This document shows, in pieces, positions 11,501-20,568 of a DNA stretch of 64,000 nucleotides (positions are counted from its first letter, which is position 1; the number at the start of each line of letters is the position of its first letter). The stretch comes from Bacteroidales bacterium. GTDB taxonomy: Bacteria > Bacteroidota > Bacteroidia > Bacteroidales > WCHB1-69. The position numbers and the translations under genes are program-made. The notes under the pieces were generated by a model, which saw only the letters and a list, made by a program, of their open reading frames with translations, did not search any database and had not been told where the DNA came from. Location of the stretch: NCBI GenBank assembly GCA_017651425.1, contig JAGCCZ010000031.1:14966-78965 (forward strand). The letters run 5' to 3'.

Positions 11501-12419
11501 CGGAGAGGGAACTGTTGTCGGCTGTGGAAATGCGTTTTTTGGTGCCCACGCCCGGCGTGTTGGTGACGAAATAGGTTGTCGCGTCCGAGTATATGTTCGT
11601 TTTGTGACAGAAACGACGCCGGTTGGTGTCATAGGTCCAAGTGTGCGGTGCGTGGCCGTAAAAGAGGAAATAGTCGCCGGGATTCATGATGCCGTCACCG
11701 CCGTCCACGATGCTGATTGGCAGCTCTTGCAGGTCGTCGATGCGGGGCGTGGCGTTGGCTTCGGGCAGCATCTCGCCGCCGTTGCCGAACAGGGCGAGCG
11801 AAGCGGAGGATATCGGCGTGGACATGCCCATAGCCGTGAGATCCTCATACGAGACCTTATAGACACCCGTTTCCGAAACGGTGAAGCGATACCACTGGCC
11901 GGAATTCAACACCGACTGGGCTGCATACGTCCTGCCCGACTTGCGGGCTCCGGGACCCCGACCCTCCACGGTAATTGTGACTGCGACGATTCTGCGGTAC
12001 TCCCCCACCCCGACCTCAACGACGGGTATAAAGGAGAGCACAAGATATGGCTTGTTTCTTTCAAATGCGGAAACAGCCTCCACTTTCAACTCTTTCTGAT
12101 GAAAATCAGCAGGTACCAGCGAAGCATCGTGCGTGCTCATGGACTCGAATTGCACATTCGAGACGGCAACATCGTAGGAATCATAGTAGAGAGGCATCTC
12201 GACGGCTTCGTAATAGGACGGGAGGGTGGAAAACTCACGGGAATAGGAGGCCCCGTCAAAGTGCAGGAATTCCATGGAGAAGTCCTCGCCGTGATGGTGT
12301 ATGATGTTGTCCGTCCAGTTTAAAGAAAGCGTTCTTTCAATTTTTTGTGCCTGACTATAAGATGGTTGCAATATAAAGAGCAAAAAAAATGCGATGAGCA
12401 CCCAAGATTTTTTTTCCAT
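8583..12419 (-). CDS. porU: T9SS sortase PorU (C25 peptidase family)
   Basis: SVLNSGQWYRF N-domain, C25 core with YIGHSG and TLSCTFG His/Cys dyad, type-A CTD (NYPNPF...YMYKVRV...KLVIL). Confidence 0.93.
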   Translation of the reverse strand: MEKKSWVLIAFFLLFILQPSYSQAQKIERTLSLNWTDNIIHHHGEDFSMEFLHFDGASYSREFSTLPSYYEAVEMPLYYDSYDVAVSNVQFESMSTHDASLVPADFHQKELKVEAVSAFERNKPYLVLSFIPVVEVGVGEYRRIVAVTITVEGRGPGARKSGRTYAAQSVLNSGQWYRFTVSETGVYKVSYEDLTAMGMSTPISSASLALFGNGGEMLPEANATPRIDDLQELPISIVDGGDGIMNPGDYFLFYGHAPHTWTYDTNRRRFCHKTNIYSDATTYFVTNTPGVGTKKRISTADNSSLSANHTVNDYVHYDFFEKDQFNFGETGKDWYGDLFDITTQRTYTFSVPGSLQQPSRISIAGACCSSSFSYFSIKANNTALGNLSFPNISGNIIATLNSDDYTFTPSSGTLDIALEYSKPATSSAAYLDWIEIEVPCRLSMHSSQFPFCNPATVGTGNVTRFNITGASAGTVVWDVTDPANTTRMALSSEGGVYGFSIPTDTLRYFFAFDGSTFLSITPGGAVANQNLHGTGNADLLIVTHPKFLSQANDLAKFRRENDGLSVQVVTTEQVYNEFSGGSLDPMAIRDYAKMIYDRSNKQYPKYLLLFGRPSYDFRGRVSGTELYVPNYQYPTTTDLISEIGFAANDDTFGLLDDNEGENASGLYDISVGRFPCSTIAQAKTAVEKSTLYTTNRNLLAENSTQISNFGDWRNMMAFVADDEEYNDFVSNADRFTDIVSGLNRNINFDKIYLDAFPQVSNAGGQRYPEATTAINNRMNRGSLFFTYIGHSGKDGWTAERVLENSDINKWTNKYNMPAMLTLSCTFGFYDRPAISPAELALFNSKGGVCAIITATREAWSSPNNAYGRYIFNTMFNTFDGQRPTIGDIERRAKNAYGGSSSSLAMFVLMGDPSMPLAIPTFNIVTDSINHSPVGTQEDTVSALTRMSVSGRVVDENGQTLTGFNGSVFPSVYDKAVTVTTLSNDPSSPPFEFLQQKSILFKGNCSVKDGHFNFSFYVPKDIDYNYGNGKISYYARSQEQDAAGSFSHFVIGGTDTNGIDDKEGPVIELFLNDEQFVNGGIVDANPTLIAKIRDNYGINTTGNGIGHDLTAILDNATESQIVLNDYYQTDRDSFNSGTVRYNLENLSTGKHTLLVRAWDINNNHSESELSFEVVSSEKFALSHVLNYPNPFTTHTEFFFEHNRNGGDFDILVQVYTISGKLVKTIQTHQTLQGNRSLAIPWDGRDDFGDRIGKGPYMYKVRVRNDMGETAEVIEKLVIL

Positions 12420-12535
12420 TTATCGTTATTTAAAAAAATGAAGCATAAATGCAATTTAGTTAACGGAGCTTCGTTATTATTATTGCAATGTTGGTAACAA
12501 TATTTTGGAGGTTATTATTGTAATAAATTATTTTG

Positions 12536-12543
12536 TATTTTTG
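12536..12543 (+). promoter_or_regulatory. -7 promoter element (TATTTTTG) for porP-gldJ
   Basis: TAnnTTTG match 21 bp before the ATG in an AT-rich divergent intergenic region. Confidence 0.6.
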
Positions 12544-12564
12544 CCCGCCTAAAAATAGTATGCT

Positions 12565-13671
12565 ATGCAGAAAAGAATCATCATATTGCTGGTCGCAGTT
12601 CTCGGGCTGTCCATGATGCGGGTTCAGGCGCAAGACCCCATGTTCTCGCAGTTTTATGCGAATCCGCTATATCTGAATCCGGCCATGGCCGGCACCAACA
12701 TTTGCCCTCGTCTCGCGTTCAACTTCCGTGACCAATGGCCCTCCATGCCGGGCACGTTCCTGACCTACGCGGCCTCCTACGATGAGCATTTCGACAAGAT
12801 CTACGGCGGCATCGGCGTCCAGTTCTGGGGCGACCGCGCCGGCGAAGGCGGCATCCTCAACACCTACAACGTGAGTGCCATGTACTCCTTCATGGTCAAG
12901 GTCTCCAAGAAATTCAACATGCGATTTGCCTTGGAAGCCGCCTACCGGAACAAGTCCCTGAACAAAGCCAACCTCACCTTCGGCGACATGATCGACCCGA
13001 GATACGGCTTCGTCTATCAGACCAACGAACAGTTGGGCGATATCGACCAGATCAACTCCCTTGACTTCTCCTTCGGATTCCTCGGCTATACGCCGCACCT
13101 CTACTTCGGGTTGGCCATCAAACACATCGCCACCCTCAATTTCGGCAAGACCACGGGCTATAGCTTCATCAACCCCGACGCTGACGGAAAGTTCTACGAC
13201 AACATCAAATACACCGCCCACATCGGCGCCAACTTCGACCTTAAGCGCAAGAGCAAAAAGGAGACCTCTTTCGGCGACATCTCCATCAGCCCGAACTTCA
13301 TCTACGAGCACCAGTTGGGATTCAACTATTTCAACGAAGGCCTCTATGCCAAGTTCTATCCCTTCACCGTGGGTGTCTGGTGCCGTCACGGGCTCACCTA
13401 CAAATACAATTACGACAATTACGTCCCGCGCCCCGATGGCACAGGTGTTGACACCATCCCCAGCACCGGCAAGATTTTCAATTCAGATGCCGTCATCTTC
13501 ATGTTCGGTCTCGAATATGACATGTTCAAGGTGGCTTATTCCTACGATTTGACCATCAGCCGATTGGCAAGCGCCACCACCGGCGGCAGCCACGAGGTGT
13601 CCGTGCAGATTTCCCTGCCGTGTCCCAAGAAGCGCAAGGCCATCAAGGATCTCAAGTGCCCCTCTTTCTAA
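12565..13671 (+). CDS. PorP/SprF family T9SS outer-membrane beta-barrel
   Basis: AQDPMFSQFYANPLYLNPAMAG...RDQW start and AYSYDLTISRL...GGSHEVS end are characteristic of PorP/SprF. Confidence 0.9.
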   Translation: MQKRIIILLVAVLGLSMMRVQAQDPMFSQFYANPLYLNPAMAGTNICPRLAFNFRDQWPSMPGTFLTYAASYDEHFDKIYGGIGVQFWGDRAGEGGILNTYNVSAMYSFMVKVSKKFNMRFALEAAYRNKSLNKANLTFGDMIDPRYGFVYQTNEQLGDIDQINSLDFSFGFLGYTPHLYFGLAIKHIATLNFGKTTGYSFINPDADGKFYDNIKYTAHIGANFDLKRKSKKETSFGDISISPNFIYEHQLGFNYFNEGLYAKFYPFTVGVWCRHGLTYKYNYDNYVPRPDGTGVDTIPSTGKIFNSDAVIFMFGLEYDMFKVAYSYDLTISRLASATTGGSHEVSVQISLPCPKKRKAIKDLKCPSF

Positions 13672-13726
13672 GCAGCTGCCCTGTAATTGTTTGAATATCA
13701 TTATCGAATATTAATAATACCGTAAA

Positions 13727-15223
13727 ATGAATAAAGTAACCAAAACAACTGGACTGTTAATCGTCATCGCCCTTATGACCTTAGTCTCTTCTTGTAAGAA
13801 AGAGACTTCTCCGACAACGGGCTGGAAATACAATGACGCAAAGAATGGCGGCTTCGAGGTCGCCCCGTTCGAGGAACAAGCCACAGGCCCCGGCCTGGTG
13901 TTCATCGAAGGCGGTACTTTCGTCATGGGTAACATGGAAGAGGACGTGATGAAGGATTGGAACAACACGCCCCGCCGCGTGTCCGTCGCCTCTTTCTACA
14001 TGGATGAGTGCGAGGTCGCCAACGTCGATTACCTCGAATATCTCTACTGGCTGGAAAGAGTCTTCGTGCCCCAAGACCTGAAAGTGGTCTATGACAACGC
14101 CCTTCCCGATGAGAACGTGTGGCGCGACCGTCTCGGCTACAACGAGCCCGACGTGGAATACTACTTCCGCCACCCCGCCTACAGACACTATCCCGTCGTG
14201 GGTGTCAACTGGCTGCAGGCCACCAACTACGCCGCCTGGCGTACCGACCGTGTGAACGAGCAGATCCTCGTGGACCGCGGCTATGTGGAATTCGCCGAGA
14301 CCCCGACCGCCGAAGGATACTTCAACACCGACGCCTACCTGACCTACGAGACCTACGAGGCCGAGGGCGAGAAACGTCTCAAATACATCTCCTCCGGTGA
14401 ATACCGTAACGTCAAGATGGAAGACGGCATCCTCCTGCCCAAGTATCGCCTCCCGACCGAGGCCGAATGGGAATACGCCGCCTATGGCTTGGTGGGCAAC
14501 ACCCTCAACGAACGTATCCTCGAACGTAAAGTCTATCCGTGGAACGGCCAACAGATCCGTACCGAAGAGAGAAAATATTACGGCGACATCGTCACCAACG
14601 TCCGTCGTGGCCGCGGCGACCTCATGGGTGTGGCCAGCAACCTCAACGACGCCGGATTCAAAACCAAGGAGGTGCGCTCCGATTGGCCCAACGACTACGG
14701 CTTGTATCAAATGGCCGGTAATGTCTCCGAATGGGTCATGGATGTCTATCGTCAAGCTTCCCACGACGACGTGACCGAGTTCAACCCCTTCCGTGGTAAC
14801 TATTTCGAGACCAAGAAGCTTCTGGAAGACGGTACCGTTGCAGAACGTGACAGCGTGGGTAAGATCCCCATGGTTCCCGTTTCCGACTTCAAGAACGACA
14901 GACGCCGCAACTACCGTGCCGCCGACAACCGCAACTACGCCGATGGAGACTGGCAGTCCCTCCAGAACATGGACGACTGGAAGAAGGCCGTCACCAACAC
15001 CGAATCCACCGACGTGATGTACCGCAAGGAGATCAACACCCCTTACGCATACTCATTGGTTAGCGACCACGCCCGCGTCTATAAGGGCGGTTCCTGGCGC
15101 GACATCCCCTATTGGTCCGCCCCCGCCTCCAGACGTTACCTCGACGAGGACGAAGCCACCGACTATATCGGATTCCGCTGCGCAATGGCCCGCGTGGGCT
15201 CCCAAGTCCAAGGAGGAAGATAA
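13727..15223 (+). CDS. gldJ: Gliding motility lipoprotein GldJ (FGE-sulfatase-like domain)
   Basis: Lipobox LVSSC, SPTTGWKYND, GPGLVFIEGGTF, WRDRLGYNE, WRTDRVNE, YRLPTEAEWEYAA; divergent from porU as for gldJ. Confidence 0.85.
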   Translation: MNKVTKTTGLLIVIALMTLVSSCKKETSPTTGWKYNDAKNGGFEVAPFEEQATGPGLVFIEGGTFVMGNMEEDVMKDWNNTPRRVSVASFYMDECEVANVDYLEYLYWLERVFVPQDLKVVYDNALPDENVWRDRLGYNEPDVEYYFRHPAYRHYPVVGVNWLQATNYAAWRTDRVNEQILVDRGYVEFAETPTAEGYFNTDAYLTYETYEAEGEKRLKYISSGEYRNVKMEDGILLPKYRLPTEAEWEYAAYGLVGNTLNERILERKVYPWNGQQIRTEERKYYGDIVTNVRRGRGDLMGVASNLNDAGFKTKEVRSDWPNDYGLYQMAGNVSEWVMDVYRQASHDDVTEFNPFRGNYFETKKLLEDGTVAERDSVGKIPMVPVSDFKNDRRRNYRAADNRNYADGDWQSLQNMDDWKKAVTNTESTDVMYRKEINTPYAYSLVSDHARVYKGGSWRDIPYWSAPASRRYLDEDEATDYIGFRCAMARVGSQVQGGR

Positions 15224-15240
15224 TACTATATAGTATATTA

Positions 15241-15289
15241 CTTAACAATAAACCCCAAAAGTCGATGACTTTTGGGGTTTATTGTTAAG
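15241..15289. terminator. Bidirectional intrinsic terminator (perfect 23-bp stem, 3-nt loop)
   Basis: CTTAACAATAAACCCCAAAAGTC-gat-GACTTTTGGGGTTTATTGTTAAG between convergent gldJ and META genes. Confidence 0.8.
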
Positions 15290-15301
15290 AGCAGCAGTCA
15301 A

Positions 15302-15751
15302 TTATTCATCAAGAACCTTGCCGCTGTCCTTGAAACGGAAAATCTCAGTTTTGTCGGCATAGATGATCAATGTGCTGTCTTTGATGCTGAACGAGGTGAT
15401 GTTTTCCCTCAATCCCTTTATGAACAGACGTTCCATGTCCATCTGCGGACAGAGTTTCTTCGAGGCGCTGGTGAGTTCCATTTGAAGTTTCTGCTTCTTT
15501 TGATAGTACGTGCCGAAGAAGATGTTGCAGCCCAAATATCCATTGGTGTTGCCGTCTTCCTGGAAAATGATGTACGGTTGCGCCATGGCGGTGCCAGGAT
15601 CAATGGGTTTGCCATACAAGGCTTCTAATTGCCACTGAGTGTCAACCAAGGAACTGGTTTTGCCTTGGGCGGCCTTCTTGGTGGTTTTACAACCAAAGAA
15701 GACAAGGACTAGACTGGCCGCGATGGCCAAAATGAGTAATTTCTTTGTCAT
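15302..15751 (-). CDS. META domain (HslJ-like) lipoprotein
   Basis: Lipobox FFGC; LVDTQWQL, GYLGCNIFFGTY, SKKLC motifs. Confidence 0.8.
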   Translation of the reverse strand: MTKKLLILAIAASLVLVFFGCKTTKKAAQGKTSSLVDTQWQLEALYGKPIDPGTAMAQPYIIFQEDGNTNGYLGCNIFFGTYYQKKQKLQMELTSASKKLCPQMDMERLFIKGLRENITSFSIKDSTLIIYADKTEIFRFKDSGKVLDE

Positions 15752-16362
15752 GATTCAGGATTATTATGAAACTGAAGGTTAATATTTTCTATATAACTGA
15801 GAATTTCCTCCTTGCCCTTGCCGGTCTCGGCCGACGACAACATACGGTACGGCATCTCCTCCCACTCCTCCGCCAACCTGTTGTAGAACTTCTGGACATT
15901 GCTCTGCACTTTCCCCTGCGAGACTTTGTCCGTTTTGGTGAAGATAATGGAGAACGGGACTCCTTTTTCACCCAAGCCCGCAATGAATTCCAAGTCTATT
16001 TTCTGAGGCTCAAGCCGGGAGTCGATGAGGACAAAGACCACTTGCAGGTTTTCGCGCGACACCAGATAGTCGTCAATCATCTTTTTCCACTTGTCGCGCA
16101 TAGCTTTGGAGATGGAGGCATAGCCATAGCCCGGCAAATCCACCAAATACCACTCCCTGTTAATAAGAAAATGGTTGATGGTTTGTGTTTTACCGGGTTT
16201 GGAAGAGGTTTTGGCCAATTTTTTATTGTTGACCAACATATTGATAAGGGAGGATTTGCCGACATTGGAACGTCCGATGAAGGCATATTCCGGCATCGTC
16301 GGAGGTGGACATTTACGCCAGTCCACCACACTTTGCATAAAAATTGCATTTTTGATAATCAT
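15748..16362 (-). CDS. engB: Ribosome biogenesis GTPase YihA/YsxC/EngB
   Basis: GRSNVGKSSLIN, PGKTQ, DLPGYGYA, TKTDK. Confidence 0.95.
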   Translation of the reverse strand: MIIKNAIFMQSVVDWRKCPPPTMPEYAFIGRSNVGKSSLINMLVNNKKLAKTSSKPGKTQTINHFLINREWYLVDLPGYGYASISKAMRDKWKKMIDDYLVSRENLQVVFVLIDSRLEPQKIDLEFIAGLGEKGVPFSIIFTKTDKVSQGKVQSNVQKFYNRLAEEWEEMPYRMLSSAETGKGKEEILSYIENINLQFHNNPES

Positions 16363-16364
16363 AG

Positions 16365-17681
16365 CTATCGTCTGGCCAGCCAGGAGTTCGGATTGAGATA
16401 TGAATCGTTCTTCCAGATCTCGAAATGGAGCTCGTAAGTGTTGGAAGTGGCACTCTTGGCCACGGTGCCAATGGTCTGTTTGGTGGAAACCTTGGCGCCT
16501 TTTTTCACACTGACAGTCGCCAAGTTCTGATAGACGCTGATATACTCGCCGTGGCGGATGATGACGACCTTGGTGCCCATGACATCCATGACGGCAGTAA
16601 CCTCGCCTTGATAAACAGCCCGGACGGGGGCACCGGCGTCGGTCATGATGTCGATGCCACGGTTCTCAATCATCACAGAGGGGACGTCTGGATGGGCATA
16701 GTTGCCGAAATCGCCCACTTTGGCGCCCTTGGCCACAGGCCAGGGCAGGCTGCCCTTGTTGCTGACAAAGGAGTTGTTCAACGTCCTCTCCTCCGGGGTG
16801 AGGGCAATGGTGGCCGTTGCCCGCGGGTTTGCGGCGGTTGACGTAGAACTGGAAGCGGCGGGTTTTGACGTGTTGCTGCTTGTGCTTGCCGCCTTGTTCT
16901 TGGCTTCAGCGGCACGCTTGGCGTTGGCTGCAGCTATCTCCGCCTGTATGGCCTTCTTGATGGCCACGTCTATATTCTTACGCTGCCGCTGCTTCTCCTC
17001 CAATTGGGCCTTGAGCTGGGTTGATTGTTTCTTGAGCTGCTCGGAACTTTTAGTCTTCGCACGACGGTCGCTTTCCAACTTCTTGATCTCACTCTCCTTC
17101 CCGGAAAGCAAATTGAGTTTTTCTTGCTTCATGGCAATGATCTGCTCATTCTTCTCCTTCAACTCGGCCTGGGTTTGCGCAATCTTGTCGGCTTGTGTAC
17201 GGACATTTTCCGAAAAGATGGTGTAAAAACGCAGCCGGCGGAACATCTGGGAAAAATCATCCGCCGCCAGAATAAACGTCACCTTGTCCATCAACTTGCG
17301 GTTGCGGTAAGCCATATAGACCACCTGCGCATAATCCGCCTTCATGTAATCCAGCTTCTTTTGCAGATTGAGGATCTCCTGCTGGTTCTGCTCCTGCTCT
17401 TCCTCCATCCGGATGATCTCTTGATTAAGTGTTGTGATCAATTTCTCGCGATTGGAAATTTGCTGACGCAGCACGGCAATCTGCTGCAACGAGGCCTTCT
17501 GGTTCTTCTCGTTCTTCTTAATCAGACTCTGCGTGTTGGCGATCTCTTTCTCGATTTTCTGCTTGTCCTTCTTCAATTGCGAACTGGTTTTCTGCGCATC
17601 GGCGGAAGGAATAACAAGCACACCCCACAGCAGAAACACCATGAGAGCTGTTTTCCATATATTTTTCTGGGAAAATTTCAT
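16365..17681 (-). CDS. EnvC-like coiled-coil protein with degenerate M23 domain (murein hydrolase activator)
   Basis: Signal peptide, long coiled coil, KGSLPWPV, NRGIDI (His replaced), ELHFEIW. Confidence 0.85.
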   Translation of the reverse strand: MKFSQKNIWKTALMVFLLWGVLVIPSADAQKTSSQLKKDKQKIEKEIANTQSLIKKNEKNQKASLQQIAVLRQQISNREKLITTLNQEIIRMEEEQEQNQQEILNLQKKLDYMKADYAQVVYMAYRNRKLMDKVTFILAADDFSQMFRRLRFYTIFSENVRTQADKIAQTQAELKEKNEQIIAMKQEKLNLLSGKESEIKKLESDRRAKTKSSEQLKKQSTQLKAQLEEKQRQRKNIDVAIKKAIQAEIAAANAKRAAEAKNKAASTSSNTSKPAASSSTSTAANPRATATIALTPEERTLNNSFVSNKGSLPWPVAKGAKVGDFGNYAHPDVPSVMIENRGIDIMTDAGAPVRAVYQGEVTAVMDVMGTKVVIIRHGEYISVYQNLATVSVKKGAKVSTKQTIGTVAKSATSNTYELHFEIWKNDSYLNPNSWLARR

Positions 17682-17859
17682 ATTACACCGTTTTAACTTG
17701 CAAAAATAGTCTATTTACTTGGAGTAGTAAAATGACAATCACTTTTTTATGAACGGAGTGTTGTTGATTTTATTCTGCAAGATGCCCAATTATATCATTC
17801 TTTCATAAAACATTCCCGCACCCGTTATCATCCATTCATCCAAGCAGACTGACGTATCA

Positions 17860-18210
17860 TCAGAACACGATGGGCAGCAGCAGTTCCACAATGAGGGCGG
17901 TGAGCACCGCCACGAGGGCAACACGCACCAATCCGCGGTCTTTCCAGGCTAAGACGATGGCGACCATGGTGGCTACGGCGGCGGAGACGAAATGCGGTGA
18001 CGTTGCGCCGGCAGGCGTGGTCGAATACAACACATCGGGGAACGTCATGGCCGACAGCACACAGAAGGGAATGTAATAGAGGAAGTCCTGTATCCACTCG
18101 TTGTCCATTTTCCGGCGCACAAAACCAATCGGGATGACACGGATAAGGTAGGTGGTGAGAGCCATGATGAGCATGGCGATGGCGACGTTCTGGAGACTAC
18201 ACATGGGCAC
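17860..18210 (-). CDS. azlD: AzlD family branched-chain amino acid exporter small subunit
   Basis: MALTTYLIRVIP...FLYYIPFCVLSAMTFP; overlaps azlC. Confidence 0.8.
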   Translation of the reverse strand: MPMCSLQNVAIAMLIMALTTYLIRVIPIGFVRRKMDNEWIQDFLYYIPFCVLSAMTFPDVLYSTTPAGATSPHFVSAAVATMVAIVLAWKDRGLVRVALVAVLTALIVELLLPIVF

Positions 18211-18934
18211 CTCCTTTCAACATGCGGCGACGGAACCGCTTGATTTCCTTGATAGAGGCACAGATGGCGGCACCCAAGATGGCAGCCACGATGATGGCCC
18301 AGCCGCCGCCACCGCTCTTGGAAAGCACGTTGAGACCCGGCACATACTTGAAGAAGCAGGAGAGCAGCGCCGACACAACCACGGCGATGGCCACCTTGCG
18401 ACCCTTGCGCGCCGGCGGGATAATGATGGCGATAAACATACAGTAGAGCGCAATGCCGAAACAGCCTTGCAACATCGGGCTAAGCAAGCTCGAGGCCACG
18501 GCACCCAGCAATGTACCCAAAGTCCAACCTGCAATCGGTGTGGTCATCAAGCCCCCGAAAAAGGGGAAACTCACGTCGTCCTTTTCCATGGCCGCCAAGG
18601 CAAAAACCTCATCGGTAATGCAAAAAGCCATGATGGCGCGCTTGTAGAAGGGCATATCGGAGGCCACCTTCTGCGACAGCGACAGCGACATCAGCATATA
18701 GCGCAAATTGATGACAAAAGTGGTGATGACCAGCTCTATGTAGGGCGCGCCCCCCTCAATGAGCCGTATGCCAGCGAACTGTCCCGCCGAAGCCATGTTG
18801 GTCATCGATATAATGGTGGCTTCCAACGGATTAAAGCCCATTTTCACAGCTATCAACCCGAAGGTGAAAGAGACGGGAATGTAACCCAAACAGATCGGAA
18901 ATCCCTTTTTTAAACCTCTAACAAACTCACTCAT
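18197..18934 (-). CDS. azlC: AzlC family permease
   Basis: PICLGYIPVSFTFG, SAGQFAG, INLRYMLMS, ITDEVFA. Confidence 0.88.
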   Translation of the reverse strand: MSEFVRGLKKGFPICLGYIPVSFTFGLIAVKMGFNPLEATIISMTNMASAGQFAGIRLIEGGAPYIELVITTFVINLRYMLMSLSLSQKVASDMPFYKRAIMAFCITDEVFALAAMEKDDVSFPFFGGLMTTPIAGWTLGTLLGAVASSLLSPMLQGCFGIALYCMFIAIIIPPARKGRKVAIAVVVSALLSCFFKYVPGLNVLSKSGGGGWAIIVAAILGAAICASIKEIKRFRRRMLKGGAHV

Positions 18935-18997
18935 AAATCTTTGCCACTTTCCAAAAACGGCAGCAAAGATAGTAAAAAAAGGGACAAGGAAAAAGGA

Positions 18998-20563
18998 TCA
19001 TTGTATTTCAGACATCGACACAATCGACACTGCGGTTTTCAGGCCGTCGATGGCGGCGCTGACAATACCACCCGCGTAGCCTGCACCCTCGCCCATGGGA
19101 TATATGCCGGGAATGCCGCACTGCCTGTTTTCGCCACGCAGGATGCGCACAGGAGAAGACGAGCGAGTCTCCACGCCAGTGAGCACAGCGTCGGGATCAG
19201 CGAAACCTTTGAGCTTCCTGTCCAGCTGCGGGATGGCTTGGCGCAAAGCATCAACCACATAGTCGGGGAGGCAGCGGCCGAGATCGCAGAAGAAAACCCC
19301 ATGCGGATAGGAGGGCTTGACACTGCGATAGCGGTCGGCAATCTTGCCGGCCAAAAATTCGCCCACAAGGTTGCCCGGGGCGCGGTAGTCGCCCGCAATC
19401 CCGAAAGCGGCACGCTCGTACCGCTCTTGGTAGTCCAACCCATCAAGGGGGCTTCCCTTGAGATAGTCATCAGGATGCACACTGACAAGCAGGGCACTGT
19501 TGGCATTGGCCTTGTCGCGGCTACGCTCACTCATGCCGTTGGTGACAATGGTGCCCTCCTCGCTGGCGGAGGCCATCACCGTGCCGCCGGGACACATGCA
19601 GAAGGTATAGACCCCGCGGTCGCCAAGGTGAACAACCCCCTTGTAGGAGGCAGGTGGCAGAATGCGCGCCGCTTCCCCGTATTGCATGCGGTTGACACGT
19701 CGCTGCTGGTGCTCGATGCGCACGCCCATGGAGAAAGCCTTGGCTTCCATGGCCAGCCCCCTGTCGTAGAGATGCCGGATGGTGTCGCGGGCGGAGTGTC
19801 CCAAGCCCAAGAGCAAATGCCGGGTGAGGAACCGCTCCCCCGTGTTGCAAGTGACCAGCAAGGCTCCATTGCTTTGCTGGAAGTCGGTAAACGTGGTGTT
19901 GAAGTGGAACTCACCGCCCAAGGATTCGATTTCGAGGCGGATATTGCGGACCACACGTTCCAGGTAGTCGGTGCCCACATGCGGATTTTGCATATAGAGC
20001 ACATCCTCGTCGGCCCCGTGTTTGTAGAACTCCTCCAGCACAAAGCGGTTGTACTCGCCATGGACATTGGTATTGAGTTTGCCATCGGAGAAGGTGCCGG
20101 CACCGCCTTCGCCAAACTGCACGTTGCAGTTCGGGTCCAGCTTCTTGTCATGGAGAAAGATCTCCACAGCCCGCTTGCGTTCCTCGATGCGCGCGCCCCG
20201 CTCAATGACGATGGGCCGCGCCTGGCAACGCGCCAAGTAGAGGGCGGCGAACATGCCCGCCGGGCCGAAGCCTACCACAACGGGACGATGCTCGCCCTGC
20301 CACGCAGGGTACTCCATCACAGGCTTTTCAGGCCACTCCGTCACATTGGCATCCGACAACAAATACTTATATCTGTCCGGAAGCGTCAGTCCCACCTGGT
20401 AATCGAAGATGACGCGGTTTTTCTTGCGGGCATCAATGGCCTGGCGCAGGATGCGGAGACCACGCAGATCTTCCACTTGAATGCCGAACTGCCGATTTAT
20501 CGCAATCTCCAATCCGTCCTTACTGCCGACGGGGATTCGTATGTTCGAGAGTTTTATTTTCAT
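18998..20563 (-). CDS. NAD(P)/FAD-dependent oxidoreductase, uncharacterised family
   Basis: GFGPAG Rossmann motif, FGEGGAGTFSDGKL, YTFCMCPGG, GEGAGYAGGIVSAAIDG. Confidence 0.85.
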   Translation of the reverse strand: MKIKLSNIRIPVGSKDGLEIAINRQFGIQVEDLRGLRILRQAIDARKKNRVIFDYQVGLTLPDRYKYLLSDANVTEWPEKPVMEYPAWQGEHRPVVVGFGPAGMFAALYLARCQARPIVIERGARIEERKRAVEIFLHDKKLDPNCNVQFGEGGAGTFSDGKLNTNVHGEYNRFVLEEFYKHGADEDVLYMQNPHVGTDYLERVVRNIRLEIESLGGEFHFNTTFTDFQQSNGALLVTCNTGERFLTRHLLLGLGHSARDTIRHLYDRGLAMEAKAFSMGVRIEHQQRRVNRMQYGEAARILPPASYKGVVHLGDRGVYTFCMCPGGTVMASASEEGTIVTNGMSERSRDKANANSALLVSVHPDDYLKGSPLDGLDYQERYERAAFGIAGDYRAPGNLVGEFLAGKIADRYRSVKPSYPHGVFFCDLGRCLPDYVVDALRQAIPQLDRKLKGFADPDAVLTGVETRSSSPVRILRGENRQCGIPGIYPMGEGAGYAGGIVSAAIDGLKTAVSIVSMSEIQ

Positions 20564-20568
20564 TAGAA

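Noticed and set aside
13727-15223. Calling this gldK/porK because it follows a porP-like gene
   Set aside because: No gldL/M/N follow; the motifs and the position divergent from porU fit GldJ.
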